Of a DNA stretch of 64,000 nucleotides, positions 20,097-30,069 are shown in pieces (the first letter of the stretch is position 1; each line of letters begins with the position of its first letter). Both the position numbers and the translations under genes were made by a program. This DNA comes from an uncultured Lachnospiraceae bacterium. GTDB taxonomy: Bacteria; Bacillota; Clostridia; Lachnospirales; Lachnospiraceae. The stretch is from the NCBI GenBank assembly GCA_964424345.1, contig CAYRIK010000005.1, positions 5,883-69,882 of the forward strand. The letters are read 5' to 3'. The notes under the pieces are model-generated. The model was given only the letters and a program-made list of their open reading frames with translations, was not told the origin of the DNA and ran no database searches.

Positions 20097-20630
20097 ATGA
20101 AAAATCATGTTAAACTTTCAATCAAAGATATTGCCTTAATTGGTCTTATGGTCGCAGTAATTGAAGTATGTAAAGCTGCTCTCTCTCACATTCCAAACGT
20201 AGAATTAACTACTTTTTGGATTATGATGTTTGCACTTTATCTTGGAAAACGTGTTTATTATGCAATTCCTGTATTCATTTTGATAGAAGGTGCTATTTAT
20301 GGAGTTGGATTGTGGTGGATCATGTATCTTTATTTATGGCCTTTGTTAGCATTTGTAACAAGCCTTTTTAAAAAATCTGATTCCACAATTACATTCAGTC
20401 TTATATCCGGCACATTTGGTCTGTTATTCGGCCTTTTAGCTGCGATTCCTTATTTATTTATCGGCTATTTTGAAGGCGGTATTTTAAACGCATTCAGCGT
20501 CGCCTGTGCGTGGTGGGTTGCTGGCATTCCATGGGATTTATTGCATGGAATCAGTAATTTTATTCTTATGTTTATTTTATACCATCCTATTTCAAGCGTA
20601 ATGAAACGTACACGCATTTATACACAGTAA
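20097..20630 (+). CDS. ECF-transporter S-component-like membrane protein (candidate cobalamin-specific, CbrT-like)
   Basis: 177 aa, about 6 TM. Starts 2 nt after the DUF4430 gene and is under the same riboswitch. No EcfA/EcfT genes nearby. Confidence 0.6.
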   Translation: MKNHVKLSIKDIALIGLMVAVIEVCKAALSHIPNVELTTFWIMMFALYLGKRVYYAIPVFILIEGAIYGVGLWWIMYLYLWPLLAFVTSLFKKSDSTITFSLISGTFGLLFGLLAAIPYLFIGYFEGGILNAFSVACAWWVAGIPWDLLHGISNFILMFILYHPISSVMKRTRIYTQ

Positions 20631-20634
20631 TCTC

Positions 20635-20670
20635 AAAACCCCGAAGTATCATTGCTTCGGGGTTTTAAAA
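20635..20670. terminator. bidirectional rho-independent terminator
   Basis: aaaaccccgaag-tatcattg-cttcggggtttt, a GC-rich 12-bp stem with an A-run and a T-run on either side. Confidence 0.78.
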
Positions 20671-21273
20671 ATATTTTAAAAAATGCTGCAATAGCTTTAT
20701 ATGGATATAACTTTCACAATAAATTCCAAACAAGTAAAAACTTATAGCAGTTACAAGCAGCCATCTATGATCCCATAAATACAAAATCTTTTCTTCTCTT
20801 CCCTTTATTTTTCCGGCAGCAAGTAATATCGCACATAACAATGTCAATGCATAACAGATGCCATGCGGTATGTACAAAAAAATCCATAAAAACAAACCGC
20901 TGAACGGATATCTTAGCAAACTAATAAATAAGCAAGCTCCTGCTGACATACTGTAACAAATCCAAACACCATACAAATATATTTTACTAATCCCCCACCA
21001 CCAAAGGATAACTTCTATTACAAACAACAGCATCCGTTTCGCTGAAATATATTGCAAAAATGCTCCGCTTTCTATTGTATTATCCCGAATCGCTTTTAAT
21101 GCTTCTGTATCTAATAATGTTGTTTCTTTTACAAATTCTTTTCCAAGACATAAAAATACAAAAAATCCAATCATAAAACTCATATAACAGACGATTTTAA
21201 AATAATGCACTTCTTTTTTGGTTGGAATTTCCTGCATCTTTGTTCGTAACACTTGTGAAAACGAATATTTCAT
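20665..21273 (-). CDS. SpoIIM-like (DUF95) integral membrane protein
   Basis: About 202 aa from ATG at 21273, which follows AAAGGAG. Multi-TM. FLYIPHGICYALTLLCAILLAAG resembles the SpoIIM FLPHGIFEIP motif. Confidence 0.5.
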   Translation of the reverse strand: MKYSFSQVLRTKMQEIPTKKEVHYFKIVCYMSFMIGFFVFLCLGKEFVKETTLLDTEALKAIRDNTIESGAFLQYISAKRMLLFVIEVILWWWGISKIYLYGVWICYSMSAGACLFISLLRYPFSGLFLWIFLYIPHGICYALTLLCAILLAAGKIKGREEKILYLWDHRWLLVTAISFYLFGIYCESYIHIKLLQHFLKYF

Positions 21274-21429
21274 ACCGACTCCTTTCTCACCCAAATGATA
21301 CGCTAACATATTTTATGCATGTTTTCCTAGAAATTATTACTAAAACACTTGCATTTCCTTTCAATATCTGCGAAAATAAAGGCTGTATGTAAAAATCATG
21401 TTTTTCGTTTTAAAAAAGGAGTTTATTCG

Positions 21430-23079
21430 ATGATTAGTGCAAATAACGTAACCTATCGTGTAGGAAAAAAAGCCTTATTCGAAGATGTTAATATTAAATT
21501 CACCGAAGGCAACTGCTATGGTCTGATTGGTGCCAATGGTGCTGGTAAATCTACTTTCTTAAAGATTTTATCCGGAAAGTTAGAAACAACTAAAGGTGAT
21601 ATCACAATCACACCTGGACAGAGACTTTCTGTATTAGAGCAGGATCACTTCAAGTATGAAGATTGTGTTGTTATGGATGTTGTTATCATGGGTAACGAGC
21701 GTCTGTTCCAGATTATGAAAGAAAAAGAAGCTATTTATGCAAAAGAAGACTTCACAGATGAAGATGGTATTCGTGCTTCTGAATTAGAAGGTGAATTTGC
21801 AGAATTAGATGGTTGGGAAGCAGAATCCAATGCTGCTATGTTATTAAACGGTCTTGGTATCGACACAGATATCCACTACGCTCTTATGAGTGAATTGACT
21901 GGTAATGACAAAGTAAAGGTATTATTAGCAAAAGCATTATTTGGTAATCCAGATATCTTACTTCTCGACGAGCCTACTAACCACTTAGATTTAGATGCAA
22001 TCGCATGGTTAGAAGAATTTTTAATTAACTTTGAAAATACTGTTATCGTAGTATCTCATGACCGTTACTTCTTAAATAAGGTTTGTACACATACTGCTGA
22101 TATCGACTATGGAAAGATTCAGCTTTATGCCGGAAACTATGACTTCTGGTATGAATCCAGCCAGCTTTTGATCAAACAGATGAAAGAAGCAAACAAGAAA
22201 AAAGAAGAAAAGATCAAAGAATTACAGGAATTTATTTCCCGATTCTCTGCAAATGCTTCTAAGTCAAAACAGGCTACAAGCCGTAAACGTGCTTTGGAAA
22301 AGATTGAACTTGATGAAATCAGACCATCCAGCCGTAAATATCCTTACATTGATTTCCGTCCAGACCGAGAAATTGGAAATGAAGTACTTACTGTAGAAGG
22401 TATTTCTAAGACAATCAACGGCGAGAAAATCTTAGACAACGTTTCCTTTATCGTTGGACACGAAGATAAGATTGCTTTTGTTGGCGGAAATGAAATTGCA
22501 AAGACAACACTCTTTAAGATTTTAATGGGTGAAATGGAACCAGACGAAGGTACTTACAAATGGGGTATCACTACTTCTCAGGCTTATTTCCCTAAGGATA
22601 ATACAGAAGAATTTGATAACGATTTAACAATCGTTGACTGGTTAACAGGTTACTCTCCAGTAAAAGATGTAACTTATGTACGAGGCTTCCTTGGACGTAT
22701 GCTCTTTGCTGGTGAAGATGGTGTAAAGAACGTAAAAGTACTCTCCGGTGGTGAAAAAGTTCGTTGTTTATTATCTAAAATGATGATCAGCGGTGCTAAC
22801 TGCCTTGTATTTGACGAACCAACAAACCACTTAGACATGGAATCTATTACCGCATTAAACAATGGTGTTATTAAATTCCCAGGTGTTGTTTTATTTGCTT
22901 GTCATGACCATCAGTTTGTTCAGACTACAGCAAACCGTATTATGGAAATCCTTCCAAATGGTACTTTAATCGACAAGATTACTACTTATGATGATTATCT
23001 TGCAAGCGATGAATTAGCTCGTAAGCGTACTGTTTATAATGCAGATGACGCAAAAGCTGCTGAAGAAGAAGAAAATTAA
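21430..23079 (+). CDS. ABC-F family ATPase (YbiT/EttA-like translation factor type)
   Basis: Two NBDs (GANGAGKST; LSGGEKVR), a short charged inter-domain linker and no TM segments. ATG at 21430 follows AAAGGAG. Confidence 0.9.
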   Translation: MISANNVTYRVGKKALFEDVNIKFTEGNCYGLIGANGAGKSTFLKILSGKLETTKGDITITPGQRLSVLEQDHFKYEDCVVMDVVIMGNERLFQIMKEKEAIYAKEDFTDEDGIRASELEGEFAELDGWEAESNAAMLLNGLGIDTDIHYALMSELTGNDKVKVLLAKALFGNPDILLLDEPTNHLDLDAIAWLEEFLINFENTVIVVSHDRYFLNKVCTHTADIDYGKIQLYAGNYDFWYESSQLLIKQMKEANKKKEEKIKELQEFISRFSANASKSKQATSRKRALEKIELDEIRPSSRKYPYIDFRPDREIGNEVLTVEGISKTINGEKILDNVSFIVGHEDKIAFVGGNEIAKTTLFKILMGEMEPDEGTYKWGITTSQAYFPKDNTEEFDNDLTIVDWLTGYSPVKDVTYVRGFLGRMLFAGEDGVKNVKVLSGGEKVRCLLSKMMISGANCLVFDEPTNHLDMESITALNNGVIKFPGVVLFACHDHQFVQTTANRIMEILPNGTLIDKITTYDDYLASDELARKRTVYNADDAKAAEEEEN

Positions 23080-23086
23080 TTATACT

Positions 23087-23124
23087 AAAAAGGTGTGTAT
23101 GCCTATCGCATCCACACCTTTTTG
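23087..23124 (+). terminator. rho-independent terminator after ABC-F gene
   Basis: aaggtgtgtatgc..gcatccacacctt stem followed by TTTT. Confidence 0.7.
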
Positions 23125-23157
23125 ATTACCTTATAAAATTTTGAAAGGAAATGGTAC

Positions 23158-24024
23158 ATGAAATCTATAGACTTACACGTTCATTCCAACAAGTCTGATG
23201 GAAGTAAATCTCCTCAAGAGCTCGTTTTATTAGCTATGTCAAAACAACTCTCCAGTTTTGCCCTTACAGATCATGATACAACCGATGGTATCGATGAGGC
23301 TATCTCTTATGCTGCCAACCTTCGTGCAGATGGTATGCAAGATGTACCAAATGTCATCCCCGGCATTGAACTTTCTACCGAATATCATGGAAGAGACATT
23401 CACTTGGTAGGACTTTATATCAATCATCATGATTCTGCTTTTTTGGAACAATTAAAGCATTTTGTTGATTCCCGTACAGAAAGAAACCGCCAGATGTGTC
23501 AAAATCTTGCAGATGCCGGAATTGATATCTCTTACGAAAAACTTTTAGCAGAATTTCCCGACAGCATCTTAACAAGAGCTCATTATGCCGTATACCTGAC
23601 AAAGTATGGCTATTCTCTCAGCAAAGAAGATGCTTTTAGTCAGTATCTCGGAGATCATACTAAATATTTTGTTCCTCGCAAAAAAATCACTCCTGAAATG
23701 GGAATTCAATTAATTTTGCAGGCCGGTGGTATACCTATCCTTGCGCACCCTGCTCTCTATCGCCTCTCAGATGCCAAATTAGACGATTTGGTATCAACCT
23801 TAAAGAATGCAGGCCTCGTTGGTATAGAAGCCATTTACTCCTCATATACACTAGCTACAGAACGTCACATCAAAACACTTGCTGCTAAGTATGATCTATG
23901 TATCTCAGGCGGCAGCGATTATCATGGTGATGCTAAACCTGGATTAGAAATGGGTACCGGCTACGGAAAATTATTTGTTCCAGAAGATTTACTCACAAAA
24001 CTGCACTCACGCTTCTACAATTAA
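23158..24024 (+). CDS. PHP domain-containing phosphoesterase
   Basis: 288 aa. DLHVHSNKSDGS N-terminal PHP motif, later HPALY and GGSDYHG. Confidence 0.85.
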   Translation: MKSIDLHVHSNKSDGSKSPQELVLLAMSKQLSSFALTDHDTTDGIDEAISYAANLRADGMQDVPNVIPGIELSTEYHGRDIHLVGLYINHHDSAFLEQLKHFVDSRTERNRQMCQNLADAGIDISYEKLLAEFPDSILTRAHYAVYLTKYGYSLSKEDAFSQYLGDHTKYFVPRKKITPEMGIQLILQAGGIPILAHPALYRLSDAKLDDLVSTLKNAGLVGIEAIYSSYTLATERHIKTLAAKYDLCISGGSDYHGDAKPGLEMGTGYGKLFVPEDLLTKLHSRFYN

Positions 24025-24270
24025 ATATCTGCCGTCTCCAATTGGAAAAACTTCGGGAGTTTCTACGATGTCTTCTTCTGTCATTCCGTCTGTGTCGATT
24101 CCTTCTTCTTCGAAGAACTCCCAAATTTCTTTTACAGAATCAACGATTACTGCCATACTGTCAGACAAAAATTCCTCTGCTTCTTCGTAGCTGTTCATCA
24201 CTACCTTTGAAAACAATTGCTCCTGATTGTCCAAAAAGCACTGTAATACCGCTTCATCAAATTCATGCAT
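24007..24270 (-). CDS. small acidic hypothetical protein
   Basis: 87 aa, very acidic, ATG preceded by AAAGGAGA. Its 3' end overlaps the PHP gene 3' end by 18 nt. Confidence 0.5.
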   Translation of the reverse strand: MHEFDEAVLQCFLDNQEQLFSKVVMNSYEEAEEFLSDSMAVIVDSVKEIWEFFEEEGIDTDGMTEEDIVETPEVFPIGDGRYLIVEA

Positions 24271-24346
24271 AATATAAAATCTCCTTTTAAAAAATTTATA
24301 TATCTAAATCACAAATGCAAAAACAATTGTGACTCTTTACCATATA

Positions 24347-25000
24347 TTATAAAACCTGCTGTAGTATGTCACTTGGTTTATCAATAATGACATCTGCACG
24401 AAACTTTTCTAATTCTTCCCTGTCTCGAAATCCCCAAAGCACTCCAACAGTCCATGCATTGGCACTCTTTCCTGTCATCATATCTGTATTTGTATCTCCG
24501 ACATAAACAACGTCTTCCATAGATACCTGCATTTTTTCAGCAAGATAGAACACGCCATCAGGATGTGGTTTTTTGGGTCTTTTATCAGACTGGCCTAATA
24601 TTTCATCAAAATAGCCCTTGCCAAACAGACTCTCCACAACATCTACCGTTCTCTCATGCGGTTTATTAGAAAATACTGCTATTTTTATGCCGTTCTTTTT
24701 TAATTCTTCCAGCATAGAACAAATGCCATCATACGGCTTTACATGATACATACAATGTTCTTTAAAAAACATCTGATACTGTAAAAATGCCTTTTCAAAA
24801 TATTCGCCTTCCACATCTCCAGAATATGCAAGACATCTTCTAATCAATGTTTCTGCCCCGTCTCCTACAAATATCTTGAATTTTTCTAATGGAATTTCAG
24901 GAAATCCACACGTTCCAATCGCATAATTAGAACAATACTGCATAGACTCCAACGAATCTGCTAATGTTCCATCCAGATCAAATATAACTGCTTTTTTCAT
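24347..25000 (-). CDS. HAD-family hydrolase (phosphoglycolate phosphatase-like)
   Basis: 217 aa. Motif I IFDLDGTLADS, motif IV YVGDTNTDM. Confidence 0.85.
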   Translation of the reverse strand: MKKAVIFDLDGTLADSLESMQYCSNYAIGTCGFPEIPLEKFKIFVGDGAETLIRRCLAYSGDVEGEYFEKAFLQYQMFFKEHCMYHVKPYDGICSMLEELKKNGIKIAVFSNKPHERTVDVVESLFGKGYFDEILGQSDKRPKKPHPDGVFYLAEKMQVSMEDVVYVGDTNTDMMTGKSANAWTVGVLWGFRDREELEKFRADVIIDKPSDILQQVL

Positions 25001-25015
25001 AGTATCCTCTCTCGC

Positions 25016-25633
25016 TTAAAATTCCAGAAAATGTAATTGCTTTAATTCCTGATATACTCTTCCTACAGGCAATCCTACAACGGTGTTATAATCGCCTCTA
25101 ATACCCTTTACAAAGCAAGCAAATTCATTCTGTATTCCATACGCTCCTGCTTTATCCATACAAGTATTCAGATTTACATAATATGCAATTTCTTCCTCTG
25201 TCATCGGAAGCACTTCCACATCTGTCACTTCATAAAATGTATGTGTCTGTACTTGATCCTGTTCTTCCCAAAGGAAGCTGACACTAGTATATACCTGATG
25301 TACTCTTCCTTGCAAGCGTTTGAGCATAGAAACTGCATCTTCTCTATCTAAAGGTTTTCCTAATATTTCATCTTCTATGGCAACAACCGTATCAGAACCA
25401 ATTACTAACACATCTTTTTTATCCATAGCGCTATATGCTCCGGAACCAATTTTAGAAAATACATCCTCTGCCTTTTGTAAAGATAATTCTTTTACAACTT
25501 CTTCTGGTATACTGGAAGTTATCTTTTCTTCACAATCACTTTTGATAATAGTAAATTCTAAGCCGATCTGATGTAAAAGTTCCCTTCTTCTCGGGGACGC
25601 ACTTCCTAAAATCACCTGCTTTTTTACCTGCAT
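25016..25633 (-). CDS. maf: Maf family nucleoside triphosphate pyrophosphatase
   Basis: ILGSASPRRRELL motif. The second ATG (25633) has better GGAG spacing; the alternative start is 25645. Confidence 0.88.
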   Translation of the reverse strand: MQVKKQVILGSASPRRRELLHQIGLEFTIIKSDCEEKITSSIPEEVVKELSLQKAEDVFSKIGSGAYSAMDKKDVLVIGSDTVVAIEDEILGKPLDREDAVSMLKRLQGRVHQVYTSVSFLWEEQDQVQTHTFYEVTDVEVLPMTEEEIAYYVNLNTCMDKAGAYGIQNEFACFVKGIRGDYNTVVGLPVGRVYQELKQLHFLEF

Positions 25634-25658
25634 ACTGTTCTCCATTCTATTCTAAACT

Positions 25659-26789
25659 TTAATAATTACCTAAGATTTTCATATTGCGTGCTTCTTCGCG
25701 CAATCCTCTAAGTGCATTTTTTACTGCACTGTCTGCAAGATTGCCTTCAAAATCAATAAAGAAACGATATTCCCAATTACGTCCCTCTAATGGTCTGGAT
25801 TCAATCTTTGTCATATTCAAATTATTGTAAATGAAATGAGAAAGCATATGATATAAAGAACCGCTTTCATTTGGCACTTCAAAGCAAATACTCACCTTAC
25901 TTGCATCTTCTTTAAACACTTTTTGGTTTGTTACAATAATAAATCTAGTGCTGTTGTCTTTTAAGTCATTTACACCCTTTTGAAGAATTTCCAGACCATA
26001 AATTTCTGCTGCAGCTTCTCCAGCGATTGCTGCCTGATCATGCAGACCATCGTTTTTTACTTTTTGTGCTGCAAATGCATTGTTTTTCATACTAATCTGT
26101 TGCCATCCAGTTTTGCTAAGATAATTTGCAGACTGCATCAAAGACTGTGGATGAGAATATACCGTCTTAATATCTTCAATCTTCGTGCCCGCTGTTGCCA
26201 TTAAGCAATGTTCAATCTTAATAATCTGCTCACCAACGATATAATTTTCATATTCTGTTAAAAGATCATATATTTCACTTACAATTCCTGCTGTAGAATT
26301 TTCAATCGGAAGCACCGCAAAATCTGCTCTTCCTTCCTCAATCGCTCCCATCGCATCTCTAAATGTATCTACATGAAAACTTTTGATCTCTTTTCCAAAA
26401 AAACGATTCATTGCAGCCTGTGAATATGCTCCCTCTGCTCCTTGGAATACAACACGAGCCTGCTTTGTTCCAAGATCTTTTAAGCCCATAAAAGGAAGTT
26501 TGCCATTTCCGTCCTGTTCACTCAAAAGTTGATACTGCATTTTTCGACTAATGGACATAATCTGTTCAAACAACTCTTGTACTGCATGCTTATGAAAAGA
26601 AGTGCTTGCCATAGCAGTCACTTTTTCGATTTTTTCTGCTTCTCGCACTTTATCGAATACTTTTTTTCCAGTTTCAATCTTATATTCCGCTACTTCCTTG
26701 CAGATTTCCATACGCTGCTCATATAATGTGACAATCTGCTTATCTATCTTATCAATCTGATCTCTTAAAATTAACAAATCTGTTGCCAT
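25659..26789 (-). CDS. pheA: bifunctional chorismate mutase / prephenate dehydratase
   Basis: 376 aa. N-terminal CM domain (LRDQIDKIDKQIVTLYEQRMEI), PDT domain, and a C-terminal ACT domain with TKIESRPL. Confidence 0.9.
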   Translation of the reverse strand: MATDLLILRDQIDKIDKQIVTLYEQRMEICKEVAEYKIETGKKVFDKVREAEKIEKVTAMASTSFHKHAVQELFEQIMSISRKMQYQLLSEQDGNGKLPFMGLKDLGTKQARVVFQGAEGAYSQAAMNRFFGKEIKSFHVDTFRDAMGAIEEGRADFAVLPIENSTAGIVSEIYDLLTEYENYIVGEQIIKIEHCLMATAGTKIEDIKTVYSHPQSLMQSANYLSKTGWQQISMKNNAFAAQKVKNDGLHDQAAIAGEAAAEIYGLEILQKGVNDLKDNSTRFIIVTNQKVFKEDASKVSICFEVPNESGSLYHMLSHFIYNNLNMTKIESRPLEGRNWEYRFFIDFEGNLADSAVKNALRGLREEARNMKILGNY

Positions 26790-28066
26790 GTTTCCTCCAA
26801 TATATCAAAATAATTCTCAAATGTTTTTCTACAGCACAAAGGATCTAATATCACAACTCCCGGACAACGAAGTCCTGTTATGGCAAATCCCATAGCAAGT
26901 CTATGGTCGTCATACGTTTTAATTTCTCCTCCATGTATATTTCCAGGGTAAATAACAACACCATCTTCACACTCTTGTACACGAATACCAAGTGTCGTCA
27001 GATTTTCTATAATAGCAGCAATACGGTCACTTTCCTGCATACGAATATGAGAAATTCCGGTAATCTTGACTGGTGCATCTGCAAATGGTGCAATCGCCGC
27101 CATTGTAATTGCCTGGTCAGAACAGCTATGCATATCTACTTCTATACCTTTTAATATCCCATCTTTAGGTCCAGTTACACAGATTCCTTCGCTAGTATCT
27201 TTTACCATACAACCCATGCGTTCTAAAATCTTAGCAAACTCTGTATCTCCTTGTAAAGAATCAAAATGTGTATCTGTTACAGTCACAGAAATACCAAGTA
27301 TTGCAGCCATCGCCCAAAAATAAGACGCTGCAGAGGCATCAGGTTCTATTTTGTATGTTTTCGCTTGATAATGTTGATTTGCAGGAATAACAAATTCTGT
27401 TTCTGATATTTTTTCTGCATGCACTCCAAACTGTTCCATCATAGAAATGGTCATATAAATATATGCCATACCGTGACTGCCTTCTACATGAATGTGCAAA
27501 TCCTCTTTGGAAAGACATCCAGAAATCAATAACGCACTTAAAAACTGAGAGCTTTTGTCAATATCTACCCATATATGTTCTTTGCAGATTCCATGTCCTG
27601 TAATACGCATCGGAAAATGTTCTTCTTTTTGTGTACATACAATTTCTGCCCCAACACTTTTTAATGCATCTAATAATGGCTTCATAGGTCGTTTTCGCAT
27701 CTGTTCAGAAGCATCCACATCAAAAGTACCTTCACTGCATCCAAGATATGCTGCAAGAAAACGAGCTGCCGTACCTGCACTTCCTACATAAATCTGCGCC
27801 TGTTTTTTAGGAATTTTACCACCAAGTCCAATTACTGTAATTTCTCTATCTGATTCTTTTACCGTTGTTTGGAAACCAAGTTCTTCTACACATTTCAAAA
27901 AATGTCTGGAATCATCGCTAAACAAAGCACCTTGCAGCGTACTTACACCAGATGCTAACGTTGCAAGCAGCAACGCACGATTTGTAATGCTCTTAGAACC
28001 AGGAACCGTTACCGTAATCGCATTATTTTTTATTTTTTCTATTGTTTTGATTTCTTTTTTCTGCAT
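26771..28066 (-). CDS. aroA: 3-phosphoshikimate 1-carboxyvinyltransferase (EPSP synthase)
   Basis: GSKSITNRALLLA and VGSAGTAARFL motifs. ATG at 28066 follows GGAGA; the track start at 28093 is over-extended. Confidence 0.93.
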   Translation of the reverse strand: MQKKEIKTIEKIKNNAITVTVPGSKSITNRALLLATLASGVSTLQGALFSDDSRHFLKCVEELGFQTTVKESDREITVIGLGGKIPKKQAQIYVGSAGTAARFLAAYLGCSEGTFDVDASEQMRKRPMKPLLDALKSVGAEIVCTQKEEHFPMRITGHGICKEHIWVDIDKSSQFLSALLISGCLSKEDLHIHVEGSHGMAYIYMTISMMEQFGVHAEKISETEFVIPANQHYQAKTYKIEPDASAASYFWAMAAILGISVTVTDTHFDSLQGDTEFAKILERMGCMVKDTSEGICVTGPKDGILKGIEVDMHSCSDQAITMAAIAPFADAPVKITGISHIRMQESDRIAAIIENLTTLGIRVQECEDGVVIYPGNIHGGEIKTYDDHRLAMGFAITGLRCPGVVILDPLCCRKTFENYFDILEETWQQIC

Positions 28067-28135
28067 CTTCAATCTCCAATAGCATTTTATCAAAAACTAC
28101 TATCGAATATTATACTACACTCAAAATCATACTGC

Positions 28136-28179
28136 AAGAAAAAAGGACACATGCTTAATTACTTAAGCACATGTCCTTA
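28136..28179 (-). terminator. rho-independent terminator after tsf
   Basis: Minus strand: aaggacatgtgcttaag..ttaagcatgtgtcctt stem (2 mismatches) followed by TTTTTT. Confidence 0.65.
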
Positions 28180-28199
28180 TGATTGTTATTTCGAAAATC

Positions 28200-29132
28200 T
28201 TATAAACCAGCCTGAGCTGCAACTTCTGCTGCGAAATCGTCAACCTTCTTTTCGATACCTTCGCCAGTTTCGAAACGAACGAACTTCTTAACAGAAAGTT
28301 TTGCACCATTTTCTTTAGCAACTGCTGCAAGATACTGAGCAACTGTCTGCTTGCCATCTTCAGCCTTTACGTAAATCTGATCATCTAAGCAGATTTCTTT
28401 GAGCTGCTTGTTTAAACGACCAACTACTGCACCAGAAATAACTTTTTCTGGCTTGCCAGCCATCTTAGGATCAGCTTCGATCTGAGCCTTGATGATAGCC
28501 ATTTCATGGTTCTTGTATTCTTCAGAAACTTCATCTGCATTTACATACTTTGGAGCTAAAGCTGCAACCTGCATTGCAACGTTTGTAAGAGCTTCCTTAA
28601 CAGCATCGTTTACAACGTCTGTTTCAGCTTCTACGATAACACCAATTCTACCACCGCCGTGTACGTAAGATACTACACAACCGTTTTCAGCAACAACTTT
28701 TTCAAATCTTCTGATTGTTAAGTTTTCACCGATACGAGCGATCTTAGCAACTAAAGCTTCTTTTACTGTCATAGCTGCATCTTCGTTCCAAGCTTCTTCC
28801 ATGAAAGCATCCATGTCTGCTGCGTCAGACTTGATAGCCTGAACTGCAACTGCATTAACAAAGTTCTTGAACTCATCGTTCTTTGCAACGAAGTCTGTTT
28901 CAGAGTTTACTTCTACAACTGCTGCTGTGTTATCTTCAACAACTACTGCACATAAACCTTCTGCTGCGATACGACCAGCCTTCTTTTCAGCCTTAGCCTG
29001 TCCATTTTTTCTTAAGAATTCAACTGCTGCATCCATGTCACCGTTAGTTTCATTTAATGCTTTCTTGCAGTCCATCATACCTGCGCCTGTAAGTTCACGC
29101 AATTCTTTTACCATACCTGCTGTAATAGCCAT
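28200..29132 (-). CDS. tsf: translation elongation factor Ts
   Basis: 310 aa. N-terminal ITAGMVKELRELTGAGMMDCKKAL UBA-like motif. Confidence 0.97.
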   Translation of the reverse strand: MAITAGMVKELRELTGAGMMDCKKALNETNGDMDAAVEFLRKNGQAKAEKKAGRIAAEGLCAVVVEDNTAAVVEVNSETDFVAKNDEFKNFVNAVAVQAIKSDAADMDAFMEEAWNEDAAMTVKEALVAKIARIGENLTIRRFEKVVAENGCVVSYVHGGGRIGVIVEAETDVVNDAVKEALTNVAMQVAALAPKYVNADEVSEEYKNHEMAIIKAQIEADPKMAGKPEKVISGAVVGRLNKQLKEICLDDQIYVKAEDGKQTVAQYLAAVAKENGAKLSVKKFVRFETGEGIEKKVDDFAAEVAAQAGL

Positions 29133-29182
29133 GATTCAACCCTCCGAATTTTTTGTTTATTTTATAAATTTATAAAAAACAA

Positions 29183-29935
29183 TTAAGCTTCTACTGCTAC
29201 TTCTTCGATATCTGTTGCTTCTGCTTCTACATCAGCGTCTGTATAAACAGCTTCGCCCTGGTTAGCTTCGATAACAGCGTCTGCCATCTTAGAAACGATT
29301 AACTTAACAGCTCTGATAGCATCATCGTTACCTGGGATGATGTGATCTAATTCTTCTGGATCACAGTTTGTATCACCGATACCGATTAACTTAATACCTA
29401 AAGAATGAGCTTCCTGGATACAGATTCTTTCCTTCTTAGGATCAACAACAAAGATAGCATCTGGAATTCTGTCCATGTTCTTGATACCGCCAAGGTTCTT
29501 CTCTAACTTTTCCCATTCCTTCTTTAATTCGATAACTTCCTTCTTTGGTAATACATCGAATGTACCATCTTCTGCCATTGTTTCGATTGCTTTTAATCTT
29601 GCAATACGGCTCTGGATTGTCTTGAAGTTTGTAAGCATACCGCCTAACCATCTTTCATTTACATAGAACATACCGCAACGTTCAGCTTCTGTCTTAACAG
29701 CGTCCTGAGCCTGCTTCTTTGTACCTACGAAAAGGATTGTGCCGCCTTCTGCAGCGATGTCAGCGATTGCCTTGTAAGCTTCGTCAACCTTACCTACAGA
29801 CTTCTGTAAGTCGATGATATGAATACCATTTCTTTCTGTGAAGATGTATGGAGCCATCTTAGGGTTCCATCTTCTTGTCTGATGTCCGAAATGAACACCT
29901 GCTTCTAATAACTGTTTCATTGAAATAACGCTCAT
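29183..29935 (-). CDS. rpsB: 30S ribosomal protein S2
   Basis: 250 aa. [17 protein letters not shown] signature. Confidence 0.97.
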   Translation of the reverse strand: MSVISMKQLLEAGVHFGHQTRRWNPKMAPYIFTERNGIHIIDLQKSVGKVDEAYKAIADIAAEGGTILFVGTKKQAQDAVKTEAERCGMFYVNERWLGGMLTNFKTIQSRIARLKAIETMAEDGTFDVLPKKEVIELKKEWEKLEKNLGGIKNMDRIPDAIFVVDPKKERICIQEAHSLGIKLIGIGDTNCDPEELDHIIPGNDDAIRAVKLIVSKMADAVIEANQGEAVYTDADVEAEATDIEEVAVEA

Positions 29936-30069
29936 GATTTACCTCCATTTGGTTTGAACTTCCGTCATATCTTTTCCGCCGCACAAGCGTCTATGCGGTT
30001 AACTCCCTCACCACCTGCAATGCAGCACCAGCGAGAAATCGATATGCGTGATTTTTTTACAACGTTTGG

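Noticed and set aside
21430-23079. The two ABC-F proteins (21430-23079 and 60945-62753) as antibiotic-resistance (ARE) ABC-F determinants
   Set aside because: The inter-NBD linkers are short and typical of housekeeping YbiT/EttA and Uup classes. The second has the Uup-type C-terminal coiled coil, and there is no resistance-island context. This cannot be fully excluded without phylogeny.
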